NCBI GenBank assembly: GCA_964594985.1
Contig: CAZQNQ010000003.1
Location: forward strand, 81,446-145,445
DNA: 64,000 nt
Direction of reading: 5' to 3'
DNA from: an uncultured Bifidobacterium sp.
GTDB lineage: Bacteria; Verrucomicrobiota; Verrucomicrobiia; Limisphaerales; JADLHS01
Part shown: positions 56,901-64,000 of the stretch, in pieces
How the letters are laid out: each line of letters starts with the position of its first letter
Numbering within the stretch: the stretch's first letter is position 1
Made by a program: the position numbers and the translations under genes
The notes under the pieces: model-generated
Database searches by the model: none
What the model was told of the DNA's origin: nothing
What the model saw: the letters and a program-made list of their open reading frames with translations, nothing else

Positions 56901-57782
56901 ATAGATGGTGCTGTACCACATGCCCGCGCCCTCGATGGTGATGCCCGTCGCGTTGAGTCCGGCTTTGGTTTTCAGATAAAACGTGCCGGGCGGAATCCAG
57001 ACGGATTTGCCCTGCGCCTGGGCGGCGTTGAAACAGTTTTGCAGCGCCGTCGTGCTGTCAAAGGCCGGATTGTCGGCCACGGCCCCGTAACTGAGGATGG
57101 AAAGAGAGTTTGCGGGTTGCGGGAGCGGTGCCGGCGGGGTCTCCAGATCAATCACGTCAAGATAATAGAACGCGGCGTTGTTCGTGCTGCCTTTGCGCAA
57201 TTGAATCACACTACCCGGAGCGATGGGGTCGCCAGTGATGAACGCATGGCGATCGTCGAAGAACACACGCGGGTTGCCGTTGGTGGGATTCTGCTCATTG
57301 CCGCCGTAATTGCCACCGTTCTCATAAAGCCACGTCTGTCGCGAAGTTAAATTCAAAGCCTGACGAAAAACGCCATTCACATACAAATCAAGCGTGGCAT
57401 CAGTGCCGCCGCCGGTCGGGGCGTCGGGAATGCAGTAACGCAGGTTCACGAAAGTCACCGCTTGGGGCGTGGTGTTGGTCCATTCGACAAACTCGCCGGT
57501 GGAGTTCAACTCAACGAACGCGTGGCCGGAGGCTTCCAGTTCGGCACTGGAAAATTCCGTGGCGGGGGCATTGGTCAGGTAACGGATCGTCGCCCCACCC
57601 CCGATGCGCCCGCCTTCAGCCTCAAAACAGGTAAACGGTGTGGCCGCGCCGACCGCGGCGTCAGCAGAGTGAATTGCCTCAAACCAGCAAACCATCACGA
57701 CCAGTAGAAGCAAGACACGGCTTACTCCTTGAAAACAAATTTGAAACCGCATCCGATGCTTCATATTACGACTCCACCTCAT
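53997..57782 (-). CDS. secreted right-handed beta-helix glycoside hydrolase/lyase-fold protein with CBM6-like, beta-trefoil-like, Fn3 and F5/8-type-C domains
   Basis: 1261 aa. N-terminal sandwich: FEAEGG...FYYLDVIDLE. Pectate-lyase-3-like entry: YGAVADNPAFDSTTALQNCFNAAQAQGKSVWIPPGTFYL, followed by many short beta-helix turns. Discoidin-like: NSIDGKANTRWATGAQQVNGQWLQVDM. Two Fn3 modules. It ends SVFFRLVRP. GH87/GH55-like architecture; the family is not resolved. Confidence 0.75.
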   Translation of the reverse strand: MRWSRNMKHRMRFQICFQGVSRVLLLLVVMVCWFEAIHSADAAVGAATPFTCFEAEGGRIGGGATIRYLTNAPATEFSSAELEASGHAFVELNSTGEFVEWTNTTPQAVTFVNLRYCIPDAPTGGGTDATLDLYVNGVFRQALNLTSRQTWLYENGGNYGGNEQNPTNGNPRVFFDDRHAFITGDPIAPGSVIQLRKGSTNNAAFYYLDVIDLETPPAPLPQPANSLSILSYGAVADNPAFDSTTALQNCFNAAQAQGKSVWIPPGTFYLKTKAGLNATGITIEGAGMWYSTIYRDVPLPNDSPLGAVLTMTSCTVRNFAVDANAPSRAVVDGCGGAMDITGNYWLAEGIWTQHTMSGFWASGIGGMVRNCRLISIWADGCNLNNVAVSGVVGNYLTASNNFVRGTGDDALAINSVNYNENNGNYTYYLPMTNATFINNTTIGAWGGKGLAIYGGSGHLVKDNYTSDTARYIGLGVGKFGVNGSDLLSATVVGNVVVRSGGNGFQQQQQALMIGNDGDGQGVGSVVNAYVASNTIMDSVFAAVGLSTSSNIVFQHNTILNPAREGIVVGMYALRPGLGNAILYSNTVVGLQPGFAVVSNSSSTYALITPRAAVNFNGNSGVAAETCSEGGQNLGQLESGDWTIYQNVDLGGKDSFVVRVASGGLGGSIEIRLNNSGGTLLGICQVPPTGGWQSYVNVYASITNPGGLQTVCLVFIGGSGRLFNLQHFGFFSTPPIQSQQLVVGNTYALKSVSNGKYVGVSTASGGVLLANQNSVSPTEQFQILDAGGGRVGLRSIGSNTIVCAENAGAAPLVANRTGLGAWETFSQFQTAAGLLGLRAEINGRFVGFQGATNALIANTTQFSAAQDFLVEFVAGVAPVKPGGLRAVPGDGRVTLTWAGATGATGYYVKRSATDGGPYATIATNNANGYVDTSVINAFTYYYVVSAFNPAGESTNSNQVTVVPGALDRLNWVVTALSSGPGDPVGNSIDGKANTRWATGAQQVNGQWLQVDMAVTNTINKVLLDASASPSDYPRGYRVNLSMDGVNWGAAVATGAGSAAVTSITFSQQAARYVRITQTGSAPGLWWSVHELNIFGTAGLPPAPPDGLTAVSGDGQATLSWNSVPGASGYNLKYATVPSGPFLTIATNTPALELIAAGLVNGSIYYFTVSALNAAGESTNAGPMPVRPIASEPPPLSITPGLGQLELNWPATHTGWLLQTQTNAAGMGLGTNWNAIAESANTNRILRAIDPAQGSVFFRLVRP

Positions 57783-57828
57783 ATTACATTACTTCGTGAC
57801 ACTCATGCTTGCGGCTCAATCCATAACG

Positions 57829-57857
57829 AAAAATGGCCCGGCTTTCCGCCGGGCCAT
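57829..57857 (-). terminator. rho-independent terminator after the 982-aa gene
   Basis: On the minus strand: ATGGCCCGG-CGGAAAG-CCGGGCCAT followed by TTTTTCG. It lies between the stop at 57952 and the next start at 57782. Confidence 0.75.
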
Positions 57858-57951
57858 TGATCGAGAGGCCTTGAATAAAACTTCATCCAGGAGCCGAGTT
57901 CCGGCAGTCACCCACATGACTGCCGGAACAGTCACAACCCGTGTGTCCCCA

Positions 57952-60900
57952 TCAAGGTTGCGAAATCACCGCCCGATAGAACCGGCTGCCGCCGGCGGTG
58001 GAGTCATTCACGGTTTGCACCGTGTTGTTGCCGCTGATCGCGCCGCCGACATTCGTCCACGTCGGATCGCTCAGGTCATTCTTGTATTGCACCTGATAGC
58101 TGAAGCCGGTCTGGCCCGGGAACGAGATGGCGTTGTCGTTGCCGGTGCGGATGATTTTGATCTGCGTCGGCGCGAGGACCGGCACGAGCATGACGAAGTT
58201 GACGTTTGCGCCGGGAGTCGCGACCGGACGACCGAGGCGCAACGTGTTCGGGAAACCATCAATCACCACGACCGCCGGTTGATTGTTGGCATCCTTCAAC
58301 TGCGACCAACCAAAGCTGCCCCAACCGTTGTTGACGATGGCGAAGCTGCCGATCGGCGCGGTCGTTTGGGTCGTTGTGCCCACGCCGCTGGTGACTTTTT
58401 CAAGCGTTGCCGTCGTGTTCGCACCATTGCCGGTTGCGGAGCGCAACCAGACCTGATACGTGCCGAGGGCATAATTGCGGGTGTAGTTCGCCCATTCACC
58501 GTTCTCGAAGAAGCCGAGGCTGTAATCGGTGAAACCAACGAACTGGGCGCGCGGCAGATCGGTGATGGTGTCATTGCCGGGTACGGTGCGATAGGAAGTG
58601 CCGCCGCCGACAGCGACGTCGTGATAATCCACTTCCGCCACCGGCGCCAAACCTTGGTAGCCGTTGACCTGCGGTTCGGGCACGAACAATCCGCCGCCGT
58701 AATCGTAGTCCTCCGCTTCGATCTGATGATAGGAAGCCTTGAACGTGTCGAAGGTGAGGCTGGTGGACTTGGTCGCACCGTTGTTCGCCACAACCGTGAT
58801 CGTCACGGCATGTGTCGTGTTCACCGCCAGCTCGTTGTAGGTCACGTTCCAACTGGTGGACGAACCGGTGAAGCCCAGGCCGGTGACATTCACGCCATCC
58901 ACGTTGACGGTGATGTTGTCCGTGTTGATGCCGGCGCTGGAGCTGGCCCGGAAGCTCAGCTTGTTCGTGTATTGGAACGGCGCCGTGCCATCGGGTGAGA
59001 GTTGATCAATCACCGGCAGGCTCGTGTCCGCCGGGAAGAACGCGTAAAAGTTCGGATTGTAGCTTCCGCCCGCGGTAACGCGGAATGTCTTCACGGCGCC
59101 GCCGGAGATTTGAACGAGGTTGCCCCCGGTATCCTTGAGCGGAATCCAGGTGTAGGTCTGCCAGCCACCCTGCGGCGGAATCGAGAACGTGCCGAGATTG
59201 GTCGTCGTTTGTGTGGGCGTGCCGACGCCGCTGGTCACTTCCGCCCACGTGGCGCTGCCGGTGCCGCCGTCGCCGTTCGCGGCGCGCATATAAACGTTGT
59301 AGGTGCCCGCCGGATAAGTGCGGGTGTAGTTCGCCCAGAAGCCGCCGTTGTTCCAACCGAGGTTGTAGTCGCTGAAACCTGTGCCGATATAGGCATCGCG
59401 GACCTTGTCGCCGTTGGTTTCGTTGTTGTAGCCACCGGTGCGATACGGACCGGTCGGGCCGCCGTTCTCCGTTTCCGGCGGATTGTGATGCGAATCCACC
59501 CCATCCACGCCGGCCGATCCCGCGTAAGCATTGGTTTGCGGATTGTCGTGGAACTGGCCGTTGCTGTAATCGAAGTCTTCCGCCTCGAACGTGTAGGCCG
59601 GGTTCAGCGTGTTGAAATTCACTGTTGCGCTGACGCTGCTGTCCTCCAAATCGGTCACGTTGATGACCGCGCGATAGAACATGATGTTCGTCTGCACCGG
59701 TACCAGGACGGTGCGATCATTCGCCGTGCCGCTGATGACCAGGCCATTCGCAGAAGTGTAGTTGGTGACGGAGGCATTACCCAACAGATTGGTCGCATAG
59801 AGATCAACCGAGATGGCGGTCGGGTTGATGCCGGTCGCCGAACTCGCGACGAAGCTCATCGTATTCGTCGGCTGGATCAACCGCGCGCCATCGGGCTGGA
59901 TGTCATGGATCGTCGGGAGATTGGTGTTCGCGAGAAAGAACGCGTAATAGTTCACGTTGTAACCGTCGCCAGTGGTGAAGCGCACGGTCTGCAGACCGTC
60001 GAGCGTGACCTTGGCCAGCGCGCCGCCACCATCGGTCAGCGGCGACCACGCATAGGCTCCCCAGTCGCCCGTGGAAGCAATCACGAATGTTCCGAGATTC
60101 GCGCTGAGGGTCTGGTCAGGTTGGGAGGGATCGCTGGTTACGAGGGCCATGGTCGCACTGCCATTGCCACCGTTGCCGCGGGCCGCCCGGATATAAACAT
60201 TGTAAACCCCGGCCGGGAAGGTGCGGGTGTAATTGCCCCATTCGCCGCCATCCGTCCAGCCGACATTGTAATCCGCCCAGCCGACGTCAACGTAAATCTG
60301 CCGCAGCTTGTCGCTGGTGGATTCCGTGTTCAATCCGCTGCTACGATAAGCACTCGACCACGGGTTCGGATCATAATTGACCGAGTGCGCGTCCACGCCA
60401 TCAGTTGCTCCATAGCCAAAATAACCACCAGGAACAGGCTCCGCGTCAAACTGGCCACTGTCCCGGTTGAAGTCTTCCGCTTCGATGGAGAAGGCCGGGC
60501 TCAACGTGTCGAAGTTGATCGTATTCGTCGTCGAATCACCGTTGGCATCCGTGACGATGATGACGGCGGTGTAGTTCAGGATGTTGGTCTTGAGCGGCGC
60601 AAGCACGCTGCGTTCGGCGGCGGTGCCGGAAATCGTCAAGCCGTTGGCGCTGGTCAGATTCGTGATCTGCGTCTGCCCGAGCAGATTGAGCGAAGTCAAC
60701 CGGACCGAGATGCCGCTTTCATTGATATCCGGGCCGGCGGAAGTCGCGCCGAAGCCGAATTGGTTGGTGGCTTGCAGTTGGACGTTCCCGTTGGGATAAA
60801 CGTCGTGAATGACCGGCTGGGCCTGGAGGGAACTGAGGGTCGCCATTGCGCCCATCAAAAGGGTGGCGCGAATGAGCGGAATCGTCTTGGGTGTTTTCAT
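57952..60900 (-). CDS. secreted non-catalytic lectin-like protein: three tandem (Ig-like + CBM6/35-like) modules plus C-terminal FYRA module
   Basis: 982 aa with a signal peptide. There are three units of about 290 aa. Each starts P(V/T)I(H/D)D..P.G and contains F(D/N)T(L/F)..A(F/Y)..(I/F)EAED(F/Y) and W(G/A)NYTR..P(A/L)G.Y.V. It ends SRFYRAVISQP. Confidence 0.8.
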   Translation of the reverse strand: MKTPKTIPLIRATLLMGAMATLSSLQAQPVIHDVYPNGNVQLQATNQFGFGATSAGPDINESGISVRLTSLNLLGQTQITNLTSANGLTISGTAAERSVLAPLKTNILNYTAVIIVTDANGDSTTNTINFDTLSPAFSIEAEDFNRDSGQFDAEPVPGGYFGYGATDGVDAHSVNYDPNPWSSAYRSSGLNTESTSDKLRQIYVDVGWADYNVGWTDGGEWGNYTRTFPAGVYNVYIRAARGNGGNGSATMALVTSDPSQPDQTLSANLGTFVIASTGDWGAYAWSPLTDGGGALAKVTLDGLQTVRFTTGDGYNVNYYAFFLANTNLPTIHDIQPDGARLIQPTNTMSFVASSATGINPTAISVDLYATNLLGNASVTNYTSANGLVISGTANDRTVLVPVQTNIMFYRAVINVTDLEDSSVSATVNFNTLNPAYTFEAEDFDYSNGQFHDNPQTNAYAGSAGVDGVDSHHNPPETENGGPTGPYRTGGYNNETNGDKVRDAYIGTGFSDYNLGWNNGGFWANYTRTYPAGTYNVYMRAANGDGGTGSATWAEVTSGVGTPTQTTTNLGTFSIPPQGGWQTYTWIPLKDTGGNLVQISGGAVKTFRVTAGGSYNPNFYAFFPADTSLPVIDQLSPDGTAPFQYTNKLSFRASSSAGINTDNITVNVDGVNVTGLGFTGSSTSWNVTYNELAVNTTHAVTITVVANNGATKSTSLTFDTFKASYHQIEAEDYDYGGGLFVPEPQVNGYQGLAPVAEVDYHDVAVGGGTSYRTVPGNDTITDLPRAQFVGFTDYSLGFFENGEWANYTRNYALGTYQVWLRSATGNGANTTATLEKVTSGVGTTTQTTAPIGSFAIVNNGWGSFGWSQLKDANNQPAVVVIDGFPNTLRLGRPVATPGANVNFVMLVPVLAPTQIKIIRTGNDNAISFPGQTGFSYQVQYKNDLSDPTWTNVGGAISGNNTVQTVNDSTAGGSRFYRAVISQP

Positions 60901-61037
60901 GACTGGATATGATGGTGCAATCTCGGCCTCCGCCTTGGTGTGGCGATGGCTCGACTAGCACGTTTTCGTTTTAGCGCATTGATGTTGTTGGTTGGGGAAC
61001 TCGCGATGACAATACGCTGCAGGTGAAGTTTGGGAAT

Positions 61038-61054
61038 ATCCCCGAAAGCGGGGA
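61038..61054 (-). promoter_or_regulatory. conserved hairpin motif ATCCCCGAAAGCGGGGA, copy D
   Basis: About 138-154 nt upstream of the start of the 982-aa gene (60900), in the 400-nt divergent intergenic region. Confidence 0.6.
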
Positions 61055-61298
61055 GGCCGTTCTTGTGGATTGGCTTTGCGGCCTTGGCGGGCGGCACAAT
61101 TGATCTTCAACGGCATGGTTCCGATTAAGGAGGGGAAAGAAGTAATGATGCGTCCAATTCAACTGATTCCAGCACCCTCGGCACCGCGAATCGTTTTGTC
61201 CAACTTGCGCAAATCACGACATGAAATCGGATGAGCGGACCCTCAATTCCAAGGGTTTTGCCACCTGGCAACGCCAATGCTGACAAGCAACCGAACGC

Positions 61299-62333
61299 AT
61301 GGCTGCCACCGCCCATTGGACTGCTGCCGCCGGTTTCCCGATGAATGGTTCACCCCGGGACAAGCTGGGGTTCGCCGTCAAGATTGCGACGCTCGCCGCC
61401 CCCGAACCACGGCATACCCAGCCCTGGCAATTTCAAATTTTTGATCAGTTCATCGCGCTGTCCGCCGTCCCCCCGCTCGCCGCGCCTGACTTTGCCCCGG
61501 ACGAACGCGACGCCATGATCCAGTGCGGCACGATGCTGCAATACCTGAAACTCGCGTTGAAACGGCATCAGTGTTTCGGTCGCGAGATATTGTTCCCGGA
61601 TCTCGATCGCCCCAATCTCGCGGCGCACATTTATCCCGGTGGCAGCGGCGGGCGGGACGGGCCGGAGCGACAACTTTCTGACGCCATGGAGGTGGCGGAA
61701 ACAACTGCGCCCCGGCTGGCAGCGCCAAGTTGCGCCAGTGCTCTCGACGCATTCAGTCGGACGATGCCCGGCGATCGCGGCTGGCTGGAATTCGCGCGCA
61801 GCGACGGCAGCCGGCAGCGTTTGCTGGAGTTGCTCAATCCCTCAAGACGGATGCAACTAAAAGAAATCCGGCTGCAAAATGAAACGCTCGTCCGCTCGCC
61901 CGACGGGGTCTGGGAATCCGCCGGGTTCACCGGCACAACGCTGCACGAACGCTTCTCCCGCTGGCGTCGGCCCGCACTCGCGGTGAAGATGCGGGCGAGC
62001 GCCCCAACCCGATCAGCCATTCCAGCGTTGCCCGATCCGGCGGCGGCTTCGGGAATTTTTGCCGTGCTGAAAACCAAGACCGACGACAAACACGGCTGGC
62101 TCGCCGCCGGCCAGATGTTGGCGCGATTGCTTTTGCAGGCGCGGGCCTTGGGCGTGGCCTGCACTCCGTTTCTCGATCCATTGCGACACCCCGACTTGCG
62201 ATCAGAACTCCGCACCGCCATCGGACACAAAGGATTCACCCAAGTCATCCTGCATTTCGCCGGACTGCAGCTTGAAGCCCCACTTCCATCCCCCGCCCAC
62301 TACGCCACGACGGCAACGGGCAGCTCCACTTAA
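61299..62333 (+). CDS. Acg-like tandem nitroreductase-fold FMN-binding protein
   Basis: 344 aa. The N-terminal PRDKLGFAVKIATLAAPEPRHTQPWQF resembles the nitroreductase-family N..QPW.F block, and the length fits the two-domain Acg type. The assignment is from memory. Confidence 0.6.
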   Translation: MAATAHWTAAAGFPMNGSPRDKLGFAVKIATLAAPEPRHTQPWQFQIFDQFIALSAVPPLAAPDFAPDERDAMIQCGTMLQYLKLALKRHQCFGREILFPDLDRPNLAAHIYPGGSGGRDGPERQLSDAMEVAETTAPRLAAPSCASALDAFSRTMPGDRGWLEFARSDGSRQRLLELLNPSRRMQLKEIRLQNETLVRSPDGVWESAGFTGTTLHERFSRWRRPALAVKMRASAPTRSAIPALPDPAAASGIFAVLKTKTDDKHGWLAAGQMLARLLLQARALGVACTPFLDPLRHPDLRSELRTAIGHKGFTQVILHFAGLQLEAPLPSPAHYATTATGSST

Positions 62334-62363
62334 ACTCGCAACTGCGGCGAGCAGGCTACGGTC

Positions 62364-64000
62364 TCATTTGGCCGGCACGGCGGGACGTCCGGCAACGGGC
62401 AGCGTCGGAATCTTCAACGTGGTTTCCGCCAAACCAGCCGCGTGCGCCCGCAACGTCAGGTCGCCAGCGGTGCGCGTGCCTTGCACGATGATCTGGGCCA
62501 ATCCGTTGAAGACACTGCGCTGCCACTGCGGCGTTACCGGCTTCTCCTGCAAGCGCAAGCTCGCACCTTTGTTGAGGCCGCCCGCCCCGGTGTAATTCGC
62601 CACCACGACGGCAATCGTGTTCTCGCCTTCGTGCAGAAACGGTTTCACGTTGAAGACCGGGGACACCTGCCAGTCGCGGGATTCGCCGACCTTCTGGCCG
62701 TTCACGTAAATCCAGCCGTCCTCGTCCACCATGCCAAAGGTCAACTCCACCGCCTCCGCCGCGAGTTCGGCCGCAGTGACGGTGACCTTGGCGCGAAACA
62801 CCGCTTTGTCGCGCTCGCCCAGCGGGCCAGTCTCGTTCTTCACATCGTGCTTTGCCCATTCCGCATCATCGTATTGCTCCGCCACCTCGGGCAGGTCAGA
62901 GGTTGAATCACTTGCAACCTTCTGCCATTTCCAGCCTCCAATCGATTTCATCCGCGCCGTTGCCGTCGCCAGAAACACATCCGGTTCGTGACAACTCGGA
63001 TCGCCGTTGCCGACGCCCAGAATCCGGCCCGGCCCCTGCAACTCAAACTGCACCAGATTCCCCGCGGTCGGCACAACGCGTCCATGCGTATCGGTCACAG
63101 CGACAGTGATAATGGCGATGTCCTCGCCGTCGGCATTGATGGTCGGACGCTCGGAAGTAAGTCGCACCGCCGTCGGCGTCCCCGTGCTCTCGACCTTGGT
63201 GTCCGCGACCTCTCGTCCGCCGCGATAGCCGATGGCCCGGAGCGTTCCCGGAGCGTAAGGAACATCCCAGCGCGCGTGTGAGAGGCGCGGCACCGGCTTG
63301 CGCCCGAGACTTTTGCCGTTGAGGATGAGTTCCACCTCCTCGCAATTGCTCAACGCGCGCACATCAATGTTCTGGCCCTCCTGGCCGGACCAATTCCAGT
63401 GCGGCAACAGATGCAAAACCGTTTTGTCACTCCACCACGATTGGTAATACCAGAAGTTGTCCTTCGGGAAACCGCAGGTGTCGAGGATGCCGAAATGCGA
63501 ATTGATGCACGGCCAGGAATACGGCGTCGGCTCACCGCGATAATCAAACCCGGTCCAGACAAAGCCGCCCGAGAGCCACGGTCGCGCCGCAAAGAATGTC
63601 CACCACGTCTCAGCCGTGTGCGCCCATTCCGGCGCGTTCTCGTCGTAAGCGCTCACATAGCCGCGCTCCTTGTCGTTGGCGTAAATGCCGCGCGTGCTCA
63701 CTGTGCTCCCCTGCTCCGTCCCGATGTTTGGTTGCTCTGGATGGTCACGGTGATAAGCATCCATGCGGTTCATCCCGAGATGATAATTCCAGCCGCGCAC
63801 GTCCACGACCGAGTTCAGCCCGACAAACGTGTTGCCAAGATTGGCCGCCATCGTAATCGGCCGGGTTGGGTCCAATTGCTTCACCAACGCCACCATCGTC
63901 GCGCCCACACGCCCGCCCACCGGCGTGGCTTGCACGGAGAATTCCTCGTTCGCGATGGACCACATGAACACGCTCGGATGATTCCGGTCCCGGCGGATGA
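62364..64000 (-). CDS. GH2 glycoside hydrolase (beta-galactosidase-like), N-terminus beyond window end
   Basis: The reading frame stays open past the first Met of the track ORF to the window edge (...IRRDRNHPSVFMWSIANEE, the acid/base block). Motifs: NIGTEQGSTVSTRG and the following Ig-like/DUF4982-like domains. Confidence 0.85.
   Translation of the reverse strand, partial: IRRDRNHPSVFMWSIANEEFSVQATPVGGRVGATMVALVKQLDPTRPITMAANLGNTFVGLNSVVDVRGWNYHLGMNRMDAYHRDHPEQPNIGTEQGSTVSTRGIYANDKERGYVSAYDENAPEWAHTAETWWTFFAARPWLSGGFVWTGFDYRGEPTPYSWPCINSHFGILDTCGFPKDNFWYYQSWWSDKTVLHLLPHWNWSGQEGQNIDVRALSNCEEVELILNGKSLGRKPVPRLSHARWDVPYAPGTLRAIGYRGGREVADTKVESTGTPTAVRLTSERPTINADGEDIAIITVAVTDTHGRVVPTAGNLVQFELQGPGRILGVGNGDPSCHEPDVFLATATARMKSIGGWKWQKVASDSTSDLPEVAEQYDDAEWAKHDVKNETGPLGERDKAVFRAKVTVTAAELAAEAVELTFGMVDEDGWIYVNGQKVGESRDWQVSPVFNVKPFLHEGENTIAVVVANYTGAGGLNKGASLRLQEKPVTPQWQRSVFNGLAQIIVQGTRTAGDLTLRAHAAGLAETTLKIPTLPVAGRPAVPAK

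Noticed and set aside
1-64000. Integrase, transposase, restriction-modification, toxin-antitoxin or known phage-defence genes
   Set aside because: I looked for catalytic signatures in all listed ORFs: the tyrosine recombinase R..H..R..Y tail, DDE, nuclease/ATPase Walker motifs in unexplained ORFs, and reverse transcriptase YxDD. I found none. The small ORFs of the integrated element remain unassigned, not defence-like.

Overview
This is a 64-kb high-GC chromosomal window. Its gene content points to the PVC superphylum, most likely Verrucomicrobiota (inference only): three prepilin-type H-X9-DG pseudopilin-like genes, a DUF1592/DUF1552 pair, giant multidomain secreted carbohydrate-active proteins and GC-rich REP-like hairpins. 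Layout: (1) 1-5.7 kb is a visibly lower-GC integrated phage- or satellite-like element. It carries an S49 head protease, an excisionase-like HTH protein and a winged-helix replication initiator with iterons plus an AT-rich tract inside the gene. It ends at a 27-nt tRNA 3-prime fragment. (2) 6-12.6 kb holds an orphan receiver, a NarL-type regulator, a 1048-aa beta-propeller/Y_Y_Y histidine kinase and a GH3. (3) 12.7-14.1 kb is a low-GC islet framed by a 110-134 nt direct repeat starting TGTGG and by opposed arrays of a 19-nt motif. It sits next to a truncated SGNH hydrolase remnant. (4) 14.2-21 kb is a plus-strand cassette of lipoprotein, pseudopilin, CBM protein, pseudopilin and glycoside hydrolase. 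(5) 21-36 kb is a beta-mannan locus with GH130, GH26-PA14, GH5, an esterase, an AGE/cellobiose-2-epimerase-like gene, a GH5-like gene and an SSF symporter. A DUF1592/DUF1552 pair interrupts it. (6) 36-41.3 kb holds a second Y_Y_Y kinase and NarL regulator, an MFS sugar transporter and a TAT oxidoreductase. (7) 41.7-60.9 kb is a minus-strand run of seven genes: an unassigned GH-like protein, GH92, a pseudopilin, a 1523-aa ThuA/PQQ-dehydrogenase/CBM fusion, a 1072-aa paralogue of the GH-like domain, a 1261-aa beta-helix enzyme and a 982-aa triple-module lectin-like protein. These genes are linked by a recurring 17-nt hairpin motif and a shared C-terminal module ending in F/Y-F/Y-R-L. (8) The right end holds an Acg-like nitroreductase and a partial GH2. 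I found no rRNA, complete tRNA or CRISPR array. All family assignments come from motifs read by eye; no search was run.
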